Source of the DNA: a virus
Lineage: Duplodnaviria; Heunggongvirae; Uroviricota; Caudoviricetes
DNA length: 64,000 nt
Reading direction: 5' to 3' (one strand)
IMG/VR virus record: IMGVR_UViG_3300034691_000069
Shown: positions 17,530-27,508 of the stretch, in pieces
Position numbering within the stretch: the stretch's first letter is position 1
How the letters are laid out: every line of letters begins with the position of its first letter
Made by a program: the position numbers and the translations under genes
The notes under the pieces: generated by a model
Database searches by the model: none
What the model saw: only the letters and a program-made list of their open reading frames with translations
What the model was told of the DNA's origin: nothing

Positions 17530-17754
17530 TTAAACCGAAGCGTAAAGCTCAGCAATATGCAAATCAAGAGCTTTCTTGGCCTTGTTGAAGTCGTCCCACA
17601 AGCTCGCCAACTTTTGAGCTTCTGGTGTGTCAACCAACAGGTCTTTGGTTGGGAAAGCTGGTTCAACATGTAACAGACCACCAGCTTCATGAAGACGCAA
17701 AACTTTCGCAATGCTCATTTTGTCAGGAATGTTAGTGTGAACAGGCTGGCTCAT
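17530..17754 (-). CDS. hypothetical protein (74 aa)
   Basis: ORF track. Confidence 0.5.
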   Translation of the reverse strand: MSQPVHTNIPDKMSIAKVLRLHEAGGLLHVEPAFPTKDLLVDTPEAQKLASLWDDFNKAKKALDLHIAELYASV

Positions 17755-17819
17755 GGTGTAAACTCCTACAAGGTGTGAAGGTCTTCATTATACAACAAAG
17801 ACCTTGATATTGAAAGCTT

Positions 17820-18422
17820 TTATTGTGCTGGCACCAAACCTTTTGCAATTGCCAGTGAAACCCCGATGATAGCACTGCAAGTGCGAATTTCGCCACTTTC
17901 AATCATCTTCATGGTGTCTTCACGACTGATTTTGATGATTTGAATGTCTTCATCATCAATACCATGCGAACGGTTCAGGTCGAAGCTCGAAGAGTCAACG
18001 TAGGCAAAGTAGGTATGGTGCATTTCGTTCGAGATACCAGCACTGGTGTATCCTTTGCACAGGTAACGAATATCTTCCAACTTAATCAGCATATTGGTTT
18101 CTTCTTCACCTTCACGCTGAGCGGCCAACAGTGGGTCTTCTTTCGGGTCGATATGTCCGGCAACAGGCTCGATAACCCAAGCGTCAGTTTCGTCAGGATG
18201 TTTGAAGGCACCCATGCGGAATTGCTTCACGAAAACGAATTCATCAGTCGCTTTGTCATACAAGGTCAGGCAGATAGCTGAGGGTTTAGTGAGCACATAA
18301 TGATCGATTTCTTTGGTGCCACCAAAAATACTCTCATAGGAGCCTTGCACCTGTTCCACTTGCATAAAGGAACGGTGAACATGAGAAATGATTTTTTTAA
18401 TATTGAATACTGGGATGGTCAT
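17820..18422 (-). CDS. Nudix hydrolase (ADP-ribose/NudE-like pyrophosphatase)
   Basis: Nudix box GHIDPKEDPLLAAQREGEEETN (GX5EX7REUXEEXGU). Confidence 0.75.
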   Translation of the reverse strand: MTIPVFNIKKIISHVHRSFMQVEQVQGSYESIFGGTKEIDHYVLTKPSAICLTLYDKATDEFVFVKQFRMGAFKHPDETDAWVIEPVAGHIDPKEDPLLAAQREGEEETNMLIKLEDIRYLCKGYTSAGISNEMHHTYFAYVDSSSFDLNRSHGIDDEDIQIIKISREDTMKMIESGEIRTCSAIIGVSLAIAKGLVPAQ

Positions 18423-18481
18423 AAAGGTGAAACTCCTGAATAATTATAGTGTCTTGCTAATAGCTATATTCTACACAATTG

Positions 18482-18685
18482 TTACCAATATAGAAAGCCT
18501 TTTCGTTCTTCTTTTGACTCTCGCATGACAGGCAATTTCATGGGTTCGTTATCAACATGCCCACCAAAACCACCACGGGGAAAATCAACATGAAGATCAC
18601 TAGAAACAGCAAACTTAACACTGGAAATTTTACCATTTACTGTAAGATGGACAACACCTTCGCGTTTAACTGTTTTATTGGTCAT
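18482..18685 (-). CDS. hypothetical protein (67 aa)
   Basis: ORF track. Confidence 0.45.
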   Translation of the reverse strand: MTNKTVKREGVVHLTVNGKISSVKFAVSSDLHVDFPRGGFGGHVDNEPMKLPVMRESKEERKGFLYW

Positions 18686-18755
18686 GTAGATGTAACTCCT
18701 GATTGATAAGCTATTATAACCAAAAAACCATGTTTTGGCAACAACTTCCTATGAC

Positions 18756-19562
18756 TTAGATTTCAATCATGTCTAAAAGAAGCTTATCACGCTGAGTTGG
18801 AATGGTAGCGGGTTTAACGCCAGTCATAAAACCAATCAAATCGACAGTCAGATTTTTAAAAAGGTCATCCCGAGTGACGACTTTAAATTTAGTCATCAAT
18901 TCATCAGTTTTCATAGGTGTGACGGTAAAAACAGATCCAGATTCACTGGGATGGTAATTGTAATACAGATTTTCATTGTCATAACCTACAAAAACACTAA
19001 CTTTTTCATTTTCGTAAATCGAACCAACTTCAAAACGGCAAATGAAAATATCATCGTGGCCTTTTCGTTTTAAAATTTGTGTGCAATGATCAAAAGCACT
19101 ATTTTTGTAGTAAGTGCTACGTTGAAATTCATAAACATGATGCAACGTGCCTTTTTTACTTTGAATAAGCCCGATTGAATTATCCATCATGACTGATTCA
19201 TTTTTACTGGCTGGATAGTAATAAGCCGCCATATAAGCCACTTGGAGCACTTGATTGCTCAAATCCAAGAACTTATCAGGATAGGTAATGTTAAGGGATT
19301 CAACATAATTATTATTGAATAGCATGACAGCATCACGCTTATCAGACAAAATGCCAATGTCCTCACCCGCATGACGAAGAAGGTCAAAGTCACTATCAAC
19401 AAAAAAACGATTCCACGTTTTACGGTTAGGCGTGGCCTTCATCATATCCCGCATACACCAAGCCAAACGATTATTGACAGGACAGAGTGCATTGATATAG
19501 AAACTATCAATCTTGTCTGAAAAATATTTTCGCGTTGCGGTAATGGGATTGCTGATAGCCAT
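18756..19562 (-). CDS. hypothetical protein (start moved to MAISNPITA..., strong AGGAGGA RBS)
   Basis: ORF track with start correction. Confidence 0.55.
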   Translation of the reverse strand: MAISNPITATRKYFSDKIDSFYINALCPVNNRLAWCMRDMMKATPNRKTWNRFFVDSDFDLLRHAGEDIGILSDKRDAVMLFNNNYVESLNITYPDKFLDLSNQVLQVAYMAAYYYPASKNESVMMDNSIGLIQSKKGTLHHVYEFQRSTYYKNSAFDHCTQILKRKGHDDIFICRFEVGSIYENEKVSVFVGYDNENLYYNYHPSESGSVFTVTPMKTDELMTKFKVVTRDDLFKNLTVDLIGFMTGVKPATIPTQRDKLLLDMIEI

Positions 19563-19649
19563 AAATCCTCCTAATTTGGCGTAATTATAGCACAAAATTA
19601 AGTTTAATGAAACAAAAAACCGCCAAGAAGGCGGCTTTTGATAGTTTTT

Positions 19650-20144
19650 TTAAGCTGCTGTGGCAACCATTTCGTGTTTTTGCTTCCGTTCTTCTCTTTT
19701 CCTTGCAATAACAACAGGATCTCGACGTTCACGTTTTTTTTGCTTTTTAGCCTCCATTCTTGCCTCAAAATCGAGCATTTGGACGGCCAGTTCATCCAGC
19801 GTGATAACCTGATGACCCTTCGTAGTATTACAGTGGCAGCACATAGGCTGAAGGTTTTCAAGTTCATTGCTACCGCCATTTTTCTTGGCAGTAATATGGT
19901 CAATGGTCATCAAAACCATATCGTCAGTAAACAAGTCCCAATGTCCACCACCTTGGCTATCACGGGAAAAAATCAACCGATTACCCACATTTTGGCAATT
20001 GGGAGTTACACAAGATAAACCTTTATGAAAAAAGACACGAAGGCGACGGTGCTTTTCGAAAGCATGAATACCATCAACACCACGTTCACGCACAAAGAAA
20101 TAACCACAGCCGGGAATTTTTTCGTCTTTTTTGAATGATTTCAT
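19650..20144 (-). CDS. HNH endonuclease (free-standing, homing-endonuclease-like)
   Basis: HNH motif DHITAKKNGGSNELENLQPMCCHCN; basic C-terminal tail. Confidence 0.7.
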   Translation of the reverse strand: MKSFKKDEKIPGCGYFFVRERGVDGIHAFEKHRRLRVFFHKGLSCVTPNCQNVGNRLIFSRDSQGGGHWDLFTDDMVLMTIDHITAKKNGGSNELENLQPMCCHCNTTKGHQVITLDELAVQMLDFEARMEAKKQKKRERRDPVVIARKREERKQKHEMVATAA

Positions 20145-20199
20145 GATGGCGTTGCCTTGTTCTATTGATGTTAAATCTATTGTAACAGAAACCGAAGTC

Positions 20200-20625
20200 T
20201 CATGCTACACATAAATCAGTTTTTTGAGTGAAAAGATAAGGCTCTGCTGTAATTTTAATGATGGTTGAATTCACCAAAAATTTTGCCGTCACTAATGAAT
20301 GACGATGAACAACCACCCCAGAAATGAGGGTGCCACGGTAATTGAAGTCAACCTTTGAGCCTTTTTTCAATGTCGAAAACTCTTGTGCATAACAGGCTTT
20401 AAAATCATCTGGCATGTTATTCAATTGGAGTTTTTTAAACTGCTGTTCGTCAATACGATGGGCATGAATGGATTCTGCTAATGGAGCACAATATTTTAAG
20501 TAATATTTACTATATGCCGTTGCCGGTTTAAAAAGAACAATACGTTCATCTTTAGCGACAAAAGCAAAGTATGAATCACTAAATTGGTGATACTCGAAAA
20601 TATCACCCACCTGCAAAACAGTCAT
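20200..20625 (-). CDS. hypothetical protein
   Basis: ORF track. Confidence 0.5.
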   Translation of the reverse strand: MTVLQVGDIFEYHQFSDSYFAFVAKDERIVLFKPATAYSKYYLKYCAPLAESIHAHRIDEQQFKKLQLNNMPDDFKACYAQEFSTLKKGSKVDFNYRGTLISGVVVHRHSLVTAKFLVNSTIIKITAEPYLFTQKTDLCVA

Positions 20626-21065
20626 TCGGACACCAGAACAGGCCGTTCAAATATTTTGCCCAACCAAAGAGCATTTTTCATGCCGGTATCAACCGATTTC
20701 ATACGGCCACAAGGGCGATACATTTCACGGTTATTGAAAGTTGGACGTTTCTCATGCCAGCTCCAAAAACCATCAAGGCTACCTGTCAAGAAATTAGCCC
20801 ATTCCGGGGCCGATTCCCAACTTGGACGTTGAGTGACCATAAAGAACAATTCTGGATCAAGGTCGAAATACATGTTGGGGTTGTTGAGGATTTCGGAGGT
20901 GAACACTAAATCATTGTCGAGACAATCACGCTTAGAACTATGAAGCAATTTATTGGTGATAGCCTGATGAGGGTAATCTGCAGCCGAAACACGTTCACGC
21001 ACCAGTTTGGCAATTTTGCTAATGTTGCATTCAACTTCGGAAGCGGAAAGGGTCGGCTTGCACAT
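20622..21065 (-). CDS. hypothetical protein (start moved to MCKPTLSASE..., GAGGT RBS)
   Basis: ORF track with start correction. Confidence 0.5.
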   Translation of the reverse strand: MCKPTLSASEVECNISKIAKLVRERVSAADYPHQAITNKLLHSSKRDCLDNDLVFTSEILNNPNMYFDLDPELFFMVTQRPSWESAPEWANFLTGSLDGFWSWHEKRPTFNNREMYRPCGRMKSVDTGMKNALWLGKIFERPVLVSE

Positions 21066-21144
21066 GAGATTAACCTCTGTAAGTAATGACCTAATTATAA
21101 CAGAATAACTGTATTTTTTCAAGATTTACTCGTTTTTTTAAAGA

Positions 21145-21173
21145 TTGTTTTTTATGATCAATTGTATTATAAT
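21145..21173 (+). promoter_or_regulatory. plus-strand promoter TTGTTT-17-TATAAT
   Basis: upstream of 21207 ATG. Confidence 0.45.
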
Positions 21174-21206
21174 AGGTATCCAAAACTACTTAATGGAACC
21201 TTAACA

Positions 21207-21464
21207 ATGAGCACACTTGAAAAAGAAATTCCGTGGCATGAAGCTCCTGCTGGCACCACACACTACGCTCCTGAAAGTGAAGACTTTCAATATGCGGAAA
21301 GCTGGTATCGTTTTGAAAACGGCGAGTGGTATTGTGTCAACACGTATAACGCTTGGCGTGTAGTGAATCGCGGCCTTGAAGCATGGTGTCACCGTGGCAA
21401 GACACTGAAACGTCCAATGACTGATTTGGTTGAACGTGTTACGTCTGTTGAAGCTAAAAGCTAA
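21207..21464 (+). CDS. hypothetical Trp-rich protein (85 aa; track ORF begins at non-ATG codon upstream)
   Basis: plus-strand moron with own promoter and terminator (21478-21506). Confidence 0.5.
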   Translation: MSTLEKEIPWHEAPAGTTHYAPESEDFQYAESWYRFENGEWYCVNTYNAWRVVNRGLEAWCHRGKTLKRPMTDLVERVTSVEAKS

Positions 21465-21477
21465 ATACATCAGAAAT

Positions 21478-21506
21478 GAAAAGCCGGTTAATTCCGGTTT
21501 TTTTGT
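21478..21506 (+). terminator. rho-independent terminator (aaaagccggttaattccggttttttt)
   Basis: hairpin + T7. Confidence 0.6.
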
Positions 21507-21601
21507 GCCTGAAAATAGTTGATTGAAACCTGACTTTTTTAAGACACGAATAAAAAAGGCACTCCATCACTGGAATGCCTTCTAATTAACCAAGTAACTT
21601 A

Positions 21602-22258
21602 TTACTCTTGGCGAGCTTCCATCACATGAATAAGACCACTACCACAAGTTGGGTTAGTGTTGACAACACTGTTCTGAATAAAATTCAGGAATGTCGGATA
21701 TTTTTTACGCAAGTCTTTCGAAAGCGTATTAAAGATCTCATCTTTCAGCGTATTGAAGTGCCATTTATCAGGGTTGTAATAAACGGTGTCACGCTGAGCC
21801 TTGATACTGTAATTCGTGAAGCCAAGCTCACGGTAGACAGCCACCAGTTTGTCATAATCTTCTGGATCGATGATTTTCTTGTTGATGAGCAAAGCGGCTC
21901 CCAAATCGCTCTCAGGGACGCGGATAGCTGCCAAGAAATCTTTGTTCAGTTTTTCAATTTGGCTATAAATCCGAGCGTTGTGATCCGACACTTCGGAAAT
22001 TTTTTCATTAATGATATTGCCAAAACATTCAAGATCAGCAATGAGTTTTTCATGCATAGCAAACGCTTCTGGTGGCATGGAGTCAGTGCTCAACCCACGA
22101 ACAATATCAGCAAGTGAACGACTGTCTTCATGCTCTTCATACCAAATCTCTGGAGAATCAGGAGCACGCTGGATTTTAGCTTGCAGTGCAGCTTTGTCTA
22201 CTTTAAAAGTAGCCGTCAGTTTTTTAATGTCTTCAACAGTTAATGTCATTGTTATCAC
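21602..22258 (-). CDS. paralog family A member 1 (218 aa; conserved LGFT.Y......D.VY(F/Y)NPD block)
   Basis: alignable to 22373..23029, 45720..46352, 48262..48927. Confidence 0.6.
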   Translation of the reverse strand: MITMTLTVEDIKKLTATFKVDKAALQAKIQRAPDSPEIWYEEHEDSRSLADIVRGLSTDSMPPEAFAMHEKLIADLECFGNIINEKISEVSDHNARIYSQIEKLNKDFLAAIRVPESDLGAALLINKKIIDPEDYDKLVAVYRELGFTNYSIKAQRDTVYYNPDKWHFNTLKDEIFNTLSKDLRKKYPTFLNFIQNSVVNTNPTCGSGLIHVMEARQE

Positions 22259-22372
22259 CCTAGGTAGGTTGGATTACTAAAATAATGAGAAATTATAGCA
22301 TTGAAAATCTACAAAATCAACATTCTTAAAAAGAAAAAGGCACTCCACCCGTAATGCCCATGTTTTGTAAAA

Positions 22373-23029
22373 TTAAGATTTTCGAGCGTGAATTACCATC
22401 GACATGCAACCTGTCAATGGGTTGGCGTCTACGGGTTCTTCTTTTATCCAATCCCCAAAATCAGGATAGTTGTGTTGAAACAGTGAGGGTGCATTCAGGA
22501 TTAACATATTTTTCAGGCCATTTAAATCATGCTGGTCTGGGTTAAAATACACAATGTCACGCTGAGTGCCGTTCGTGTAATGAGTTAATCCCAAGGTTTT
22601 GTAAATTTCTATAAGCACGGGATGGTATTCGACAGCAATATTCTTTTTATTAATCAACATCACGGATTTAAGTTTACGCTCAGGAATATCCGTAGCCGCA
22701 AGATAAGCAGCATTCAATTGCCGAATTTCTGCATTAACATTCAAGTTGTTAACTTGTGCGATATAAATTTTTTCATTCATAAGGTTTTGAAATTTAAGCG
22801 TAGCATTGATAGCTTCTTGATGAGCTTCCTTTACATCTTCGGGCATATAAGTGTCATTCATGGCATGAAGAAACTCAACAAGTGTAACCTTCTTTTTAGT
22901 GAGGGCGTCATGAAATTCGGGTCGTAATGGGATGACAACAAACTTTTCTTCCAACTTAGCTTTATCCGCTTTATAGGTGTCGGTTAAAGTTTGAAGTTCT
23001 TCATAGGTCAGATTCATCAAGGTCACCAT
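22373..23029 (-). CDS. paralog family A member 2 (218 aa), tandem to member 1
   Basis: same length and motif order as 21602..22258. Confidence 0.6.
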   Translation of the reverse strand: MVTLMNLTYEELQTLTDTYKADKAKLEEKFVVIPLRPEFHDALTKKKVTLVEFLHAMNDTYMPEDVKEAHQEAINATLKFQNLMNEKIYIAQVNNLNVNAEIRQLNAAYLAATDIPERKLKSVMLINKKNIAVEYHPVLIEIYKTLGLTHYTNGTQRDIVYFNPDQHDLNGLKNMLILNAPSLFQHNYPDFGDWIKEEPVDANPLTGCMSMVIHARKS

Positions 23030-23155
23030 AAGTTGAAAGTTGTTTAAATAGTGCCAACATTATAGCATTTATCGAATTTAAAAACAAGATTTATTGAAAG
23101 CAAAAAAGGCACCCCATCACTGGAATACCTTTTTTATGATACTTGTCGCTGAGTG

Positions 23156-23560
23156 TTAGCGACGAACCCAGCTATTGGCTTCAAACACGGCCATGTGCAG
23201 GGCTTGGATTTTGTTCTGGAAGGAACGAACAACCATTTCGGATTCGCCCATCTGGCAGAAGTAAGCCATCGACTTATCCAGTTCAGCAATCTGATCCAGA
23301 ACCGCACGGTTGACGCTGTGCAGTTGCATTGGGTCAAGTTGAACCGAACGCTCGCCTGACAGTTGAGCAGCCCGCATGGTGCAAACCAGACCATCCAAAC
23401 GGCTAACCACTTCTTTATGCTTGCTGACAAGGCGGTCGTTGGCGTCTTGATCCATCGAAGTGAAATCAGTCACGCTGTCCAGAACATGCATGTTTTTTTC
23501 GAGGGCATTCACTGCTACAACAACAGCACCGATGAGCAGAGTAAGGGTCGAAGTTTTCAT
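23156..23560 (-). CDS. secreted protein (signal peptide)
   Basis: ORF track; N-terminal signal sequence. Confidence 0.55.
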   Translation of the reverse strand: MKTSTLTLLIGAVVVAVNALEKNMHVLDSVTDFTSMDQDANDRLVSKHKEVVSRLDGLVCTMRAAQLSGERSVQLDPMQLHSVNRAVLDQIAELDKSMAYFCQMGESEMVVRSFQNKIQALHMAVFEANSWVRR

Positions 23561-23736
23561 GTTTTTGTTTCCTTGATTGGGTTAAGTGGGATTATTATAA
23601 CAACGAATAGCTTATGAAACAAGCATTTTTTCGAATAAAACTGAGATTTATTGTATTTTTAATGCTTGACAGAGAAGGTTTATTTGAAGTAATAAAAAAC
23701 CCGGAACCAAGTCCGGGTCTTTCGTGAGCCGTTTGG

Positions 23737-24096
23737 TTATGCGGCCATTTTTTTCAGTTGCTCAACAAAGGCTTCCGATTCGAAGCGGTCGATGTCAGCG
23801 AAGTTGTTCTGACCACCAGAATAATCTTTCATGCCTTTGCAAGTGCGGAACAGAACCTGCAGACCACGGCCCGAAGAAGAGTCGGAAATTTGAACATAAA
23901 GGCTTTCGCTGTGCAGGGTAACTTCACCAGAAACAGCAATACCGCCCTTGTTACTGCGAACTTCAAAACCACCGGCTGGCAGATTCAATTTCACAGCCAG
24001 TTCTTTCAGTGCTTTTTTACCGGCACGGTGAAACTGCTCTTTGTTGGTTTCGTTATAGGACATTTCTTTGTTCTTCAACTGTTGAAGAGTAGCCAT
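23737..24096 (-). CDS. hypothetical protein
   Basis: ORF track. Confidence 0.5.
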   Translation of the reverse strand: MATLQQLKNKEMSYNETNKEQFHRAGKKALKELAVKLNLPAGGFEVRSNKGGIAVSGEVTLHSESLYVQISDSSSGRGLQVLFRTCKGMKDYSGGQNNFADIDRFESEAFVEQLKKMAA

Positions 24097-24168
24097 GTTG
24101 ATAACCTCTTATGTATCTGTTTGTGTGTGATGATTATATCAATCAAAAATCACATTTACAAGGAATAT

Positions 24169-24444
24169 TTAAACTTTAAGAGCCAATTTTTGATTAATGA
24201 CTCGAATTGTTTCGCGGGCACGATCTGCATCACGATCACCTTCATCGTTATCAGAATAGCGAAGCCGTTGCAAAAGATCGCGGTGTTCTTTCGCAATAAT
24301 TTCAAAAAAACCAAGTTTTTCACGCAGAGCCAAAACGTCACTGGCGAGAATGACAATCGTCGCATCAGCGGGCATGGTTTTCTGATCAGTGATCAGTTCC
24401 AATGCAGATTTTTTAACAATATGTCGATCAACCATGACGTTCAC
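24169..24444 (-). CDS. hypothetical protein (91 aa)
   Basis: ORF track. Confidence 0.45.
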   Translation of the reverse strand: MNVMVDRHIVKKSALELITDQKTMPADATIVILASDVLALREKLGFFEIIAKEHRDLLQRLRYSDNDEGDRDADRARETIRVINQKLALKV

Positions 24445-24517
24445 CTATTTTCGATTAGGTGACAAGTATATCATCTTTTGAAATACCTGTCACACCATTT
24501 TTAAAGAAAACTAACTT

Positions 24518-24991
24518 TTATGCGTCTTCAAAAGCTGTCTTAAACTTGCTGAAATAAGGCATAGGGAACATGTCTTCTGGAATGCCGATATACGCATAAG
24601 CATCATCAACATAAAAGAAGTAGTCATGTCGTTTAGCCCAAGCTTCAATCAGTTCAGTGGTTGCTGGATCAAAGCTATGGGGATTTTTCTCGTCATACAG
24701 GTAATTCGGGAAGTAGGCGAAACGATAGCCTTTTTTCGGAAGGTTGTTGTAGCCTGTTTCTTGTGGGTCGATTTGAAAGGTTTCAATGTTCCTGATTTCA
24801 CGAATGACTTCTTGCACATTGAACAAATCGTTATGACTAAAAAACTCTTGCAGATTGAGTGAACCAAAGTGTTCCAAAAAAGCCCACGCCATTTCATCTG
24901 GTGTTGGTTCTTGTTTTACAACAACTGGCACTGTCTTTTTTACGGACATTGGTCGTTTTGCTGGTGCGGCGTTCGATTCTTCAAGATACAT
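24518..24991 (-). CDS. hypothetical protein
   Basis: ORF track. Confidence 0.5.
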   Translation of the reverse strand: MYLEESNAAPAKRPMSVKKTVPVVVKQEPTPDEMAWAFLEHFGSLNLQEFFSHNDLFNVQEVIREIRNIETFQIDPQETGYNNLPKKGYRFAYFPNYLYDEKNPHSFDPATTELIEAWAKRHDYFFYVDDAYAYIGIPEDMFPMPYFSKFKTAFEDA

Positions 24992-25055
24992 GATGATTCC
25001 TCAACTGTAATGAATTAATAAGATAATGAAGTATACATCAAAAACTAGATTTTAA

Positions 25056-25838
25056 TCAAGCGGCCTTTGACCGATTCGCAAAAAAATTTAAAATCGACAT
25101 TTTTTTCATAAAATCTTTGACTTTCAGAGCAAGTCGATTCGCTTCTGATTCAAGTTGTCCTTCGGAAATATCCAGCATATTATAGGTAGCTTCGTAGCTA
25201 CTGGTCAATGGGGACTGCTCCAGAATGCCGACAAATTGTCGAATACGTTTTGCTACGTCAATAGGGCCGAAATGAACATATTTTTCATTTTTTACTTCTA
25301 AATTCAAAGTCGTCCAATACACTTCTGGAATTTCAAGAGACTTCAACCAGTGAATGATAGTGTATTTAAAAATACCAAAGTCATACTCATAATTAAGAGC
25401 CGACAACAGATATTTGTAAACCGCTGGATGCAAGCCAAAGAAAACAGACATTGGGAAAAATTTAGTATGAAAAGTGTCTGCTTCTTTTTGTGTAGTGGCT
25501 TCTGGTGCATAGGTCAGCTTATAGAAAGTTTTGAAGTGTGGATAAGGTGTCGGAACAAAATCACGGTCATGAGTACTTTCTTTCGAAGTCATCCAAAGGC
25601 CAATATCATTAAAAGCCTTAGTCTGTGCAGCACATTCAACAATACTACATTCCGTAAGGCTGTCCTTACGACCAGTTGTATCATCACTGATCATATGGGA
25701 TTTAGTGGATATCCGTTTTTCAACCTGATTTTCAATAAAACTAGCCAACATGTTCAATCGAGCAATAGTTTCACTCAAAGGAATGTAAGATTCTTTGTAA
25801 TAAATATCATACACAGCTTTGGCGTTGATAGCAGACAT
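25056..25838 (-). CDS. hypothetical protein
   Basis: ORF track. Confidence 0.55.
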   Translation of the reverse strand: MSAINAKAVYDIYYKESYIPLSETIARLNMLASFIENQVEKRISTKSHMISDDTTGRKDSLTECSIVECAAQTKAFNDIGLWMTSKESTHDRDFVPTPYPHFKTFYKLTYAPEATTQKEADTFHTKFFPMSVFFGLHPAVYKYLLSALNYEYDFGIFKYTIIHWLKSLEIPEVYWTTLNLEVKNEKYVHFGPIDVAKRIRQFVGILEQSPLTSSYEATYNMLDISEGQLESEANRLALKVKDFMKKMSILNFFANRSKAA

Positions 25839-25891
25839 GTTATGGCACCTTAAGACGTTATTGTATAAAATGAATTATACCAAAAAAATGA

Positions 25892-26353
25892 CTAAATGTC
25901 GATAAAAGATTTCAAATTTTTAGTCTTAGTAATCTTAAATGGAAGAAGACGTAATTTTATTTTTTTCAAAAATGACTGCATCAATTTCTCAAAATGACTG
26001 TATTCATACACTGTCGCAGTAACAGAAATACAATGATATTCTTTTTGAAACAAATCAAGCCGAAGTTTATAGATAGTCACTTTTTCTAAAAGAATTCTAC
26101 TTGGAATCCCTTTTCTGAATGTAAATGATTCATCTGATAAATAACCCATACCCTGTTCAGACCGAATACTAATTCTATCTGAAAACTGTCCATCTTCAAA
26201 AGTGATTTCGTCAGGTGTGTAATAAACAACATTATCAGTAACGTCAAGAATCGTTAATGGAGTCGCCTCATCTGAACATTCTGGCTCATCGACGTAGAGC
26301 CACAATTGACCGCTTTCAGGCATTGGCACAGAAGGAATCTGTATGGTTTTCAT
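25892..26353 (-). CDS. hypothetical protein
   Basis: ORF track. Confidence 0.5.
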   Translation of the reverse strand: MKTIQIPSVPMPESGQLWLYVDEPECSDEATPLTILDVTDNVVYYTPDEITFEDGQFSDRISIRSEQGMGYLSDESFTFRKGIPSRILLEKVTIYKLRLDLFQKEYHCISVTATVYEYSHFEKLMQSFLKKIKLRLLPFKITKTKNLKSFIDI

Positions 26354-26507
26354 TAAATGGACTCACAGTGATTTGTCGTAATTTTAGCAAAAAATATAGG
26401 TTTTGTCTATTGAATAAAAGAAAATATGATAATAAATTTCTCAAAATGGCTAATTTTTAAAATAAAAAAAAGACCTATCTCTAGGTCTTTTTTAATGTGA
26501 TGACTGA

Positions 26508-27380
26508 TTAAACAGTCGTAACCATTGACATTTCAGCCACTACCTTTTTGTATTCATCCGAACCATATTTCAAGAAGTAAGCTTTACGAGTGCTACCTTT
26601 GATTTTACTGGTAACAGTTTCAACCAGAACCGCACCCGTCAAGCTGCCTTGAACTTTGTAAAGGCCGTCTTCGAAGCTATCGACATCATGAGTGAAGACA
26701 TTTCGATCAGCACGGTCAACATTGGCCGAAAACATTGTTTGGTCTTTTGGTGCCTTGTGTGGCAGAAAAGCAAACAGTTTATGCTCATTGACATTGACGG
26801 CTTTGAAAGCGGGCAACTTGGCCTTCACTTCAAAGTATTCATCACCCACACGAATGACATCCACAGTAGACAGAGCCGATTTATCGCCTTTGACGTAATA
26901 CAGGGCTTCTGTTTGACTTTGGAAGTAATGCACGCCATCAATGTCTTCGGTCGTGAAAACGCTAAACACCGGGCCTTGGCTGATACGTTTTTCTGGCACG
27001 ATGAAATCAGGATTCATGCTTGCTTCAAAGTTGGTATTTTTTTGCTTTGGCATTTCCAGCAACATTTCTTTCGGAATGATATAGACATTCAACAGGGCTT
27101 CATTTTTGGAAGCTGTTTTCGTGATGTTGAACAACGTGTAGTTGCCTTCACTTTTGTAAGTGTCTTCAACAGACTTCCATTCCACACGGTTGACAGTATT
27201 CAATTTAGAAAGTGCCTGTGCGAAAACTTTTTTATCCAACACCATCGAAGCACGACTATTGTTAACATCACGGAAATAGGTGTTTACGAAATAAACCACA
27301 TCATTGAAGGTCTTACCATGATGAATGATCGCAATCGAAGCAACAGCATTAGGGCGACGGTTTCCGTTGGTATGGAACAT
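26508..27380 (-). CDS. hypothetical protein (290 aa)
   Basis: ORF track; promoter attatatcaaaaa at plus about 27413-27425 and GAGG RBS. Confidence 0.55.
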   Translation of the reverse strand: MFHTNGNRRPNAVASIAIIHHGKTFNDVVYFVNTYFRDVNNSRASMVLDKKVFAQALSKLNTVNRVEWKSVEDTYKSEGNYTLFNITKTASKNEALLNVYIIPKEMLLEMPKQKNTNFEASMNPDFIVPEKRISQGPVFSVFTTEDIDGVHYFQSQTEALYYVKGDKSALSTVDVIRVGDEYFEVKAKLPAFKAVNVNEHKLFAFLPHKAPKDQTMFSANVDRADRNVFTHDVDSFEDGLYKVQGSLTGAVLVETVTSKIKGSTRKAYFLKYGSDEYKKVVAEMSMVTTV

Positions 27381-27508
27381 TGTAAAATCCTCATTCGTTT
27401 TAAGATGTGATAATTATATCAAAAATGGCCTTGGAAGACAACAAAAAACTTATTTTTGAATGAAAAAAGCCCCTGAACTAGTCAAGGGCTTTGGGTTACT
27501 TCGAAAGG

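Noticed and set aside
21602-22258. Calling paralog family A ModA/ModB-like ADP-ribosyltransferases (similar size, tandem pair as in T4)
   Set aside because: I could not find the R / S-T-S / E-x-E ART motifs or recall any diagnostic similarity. It is left as unknown.
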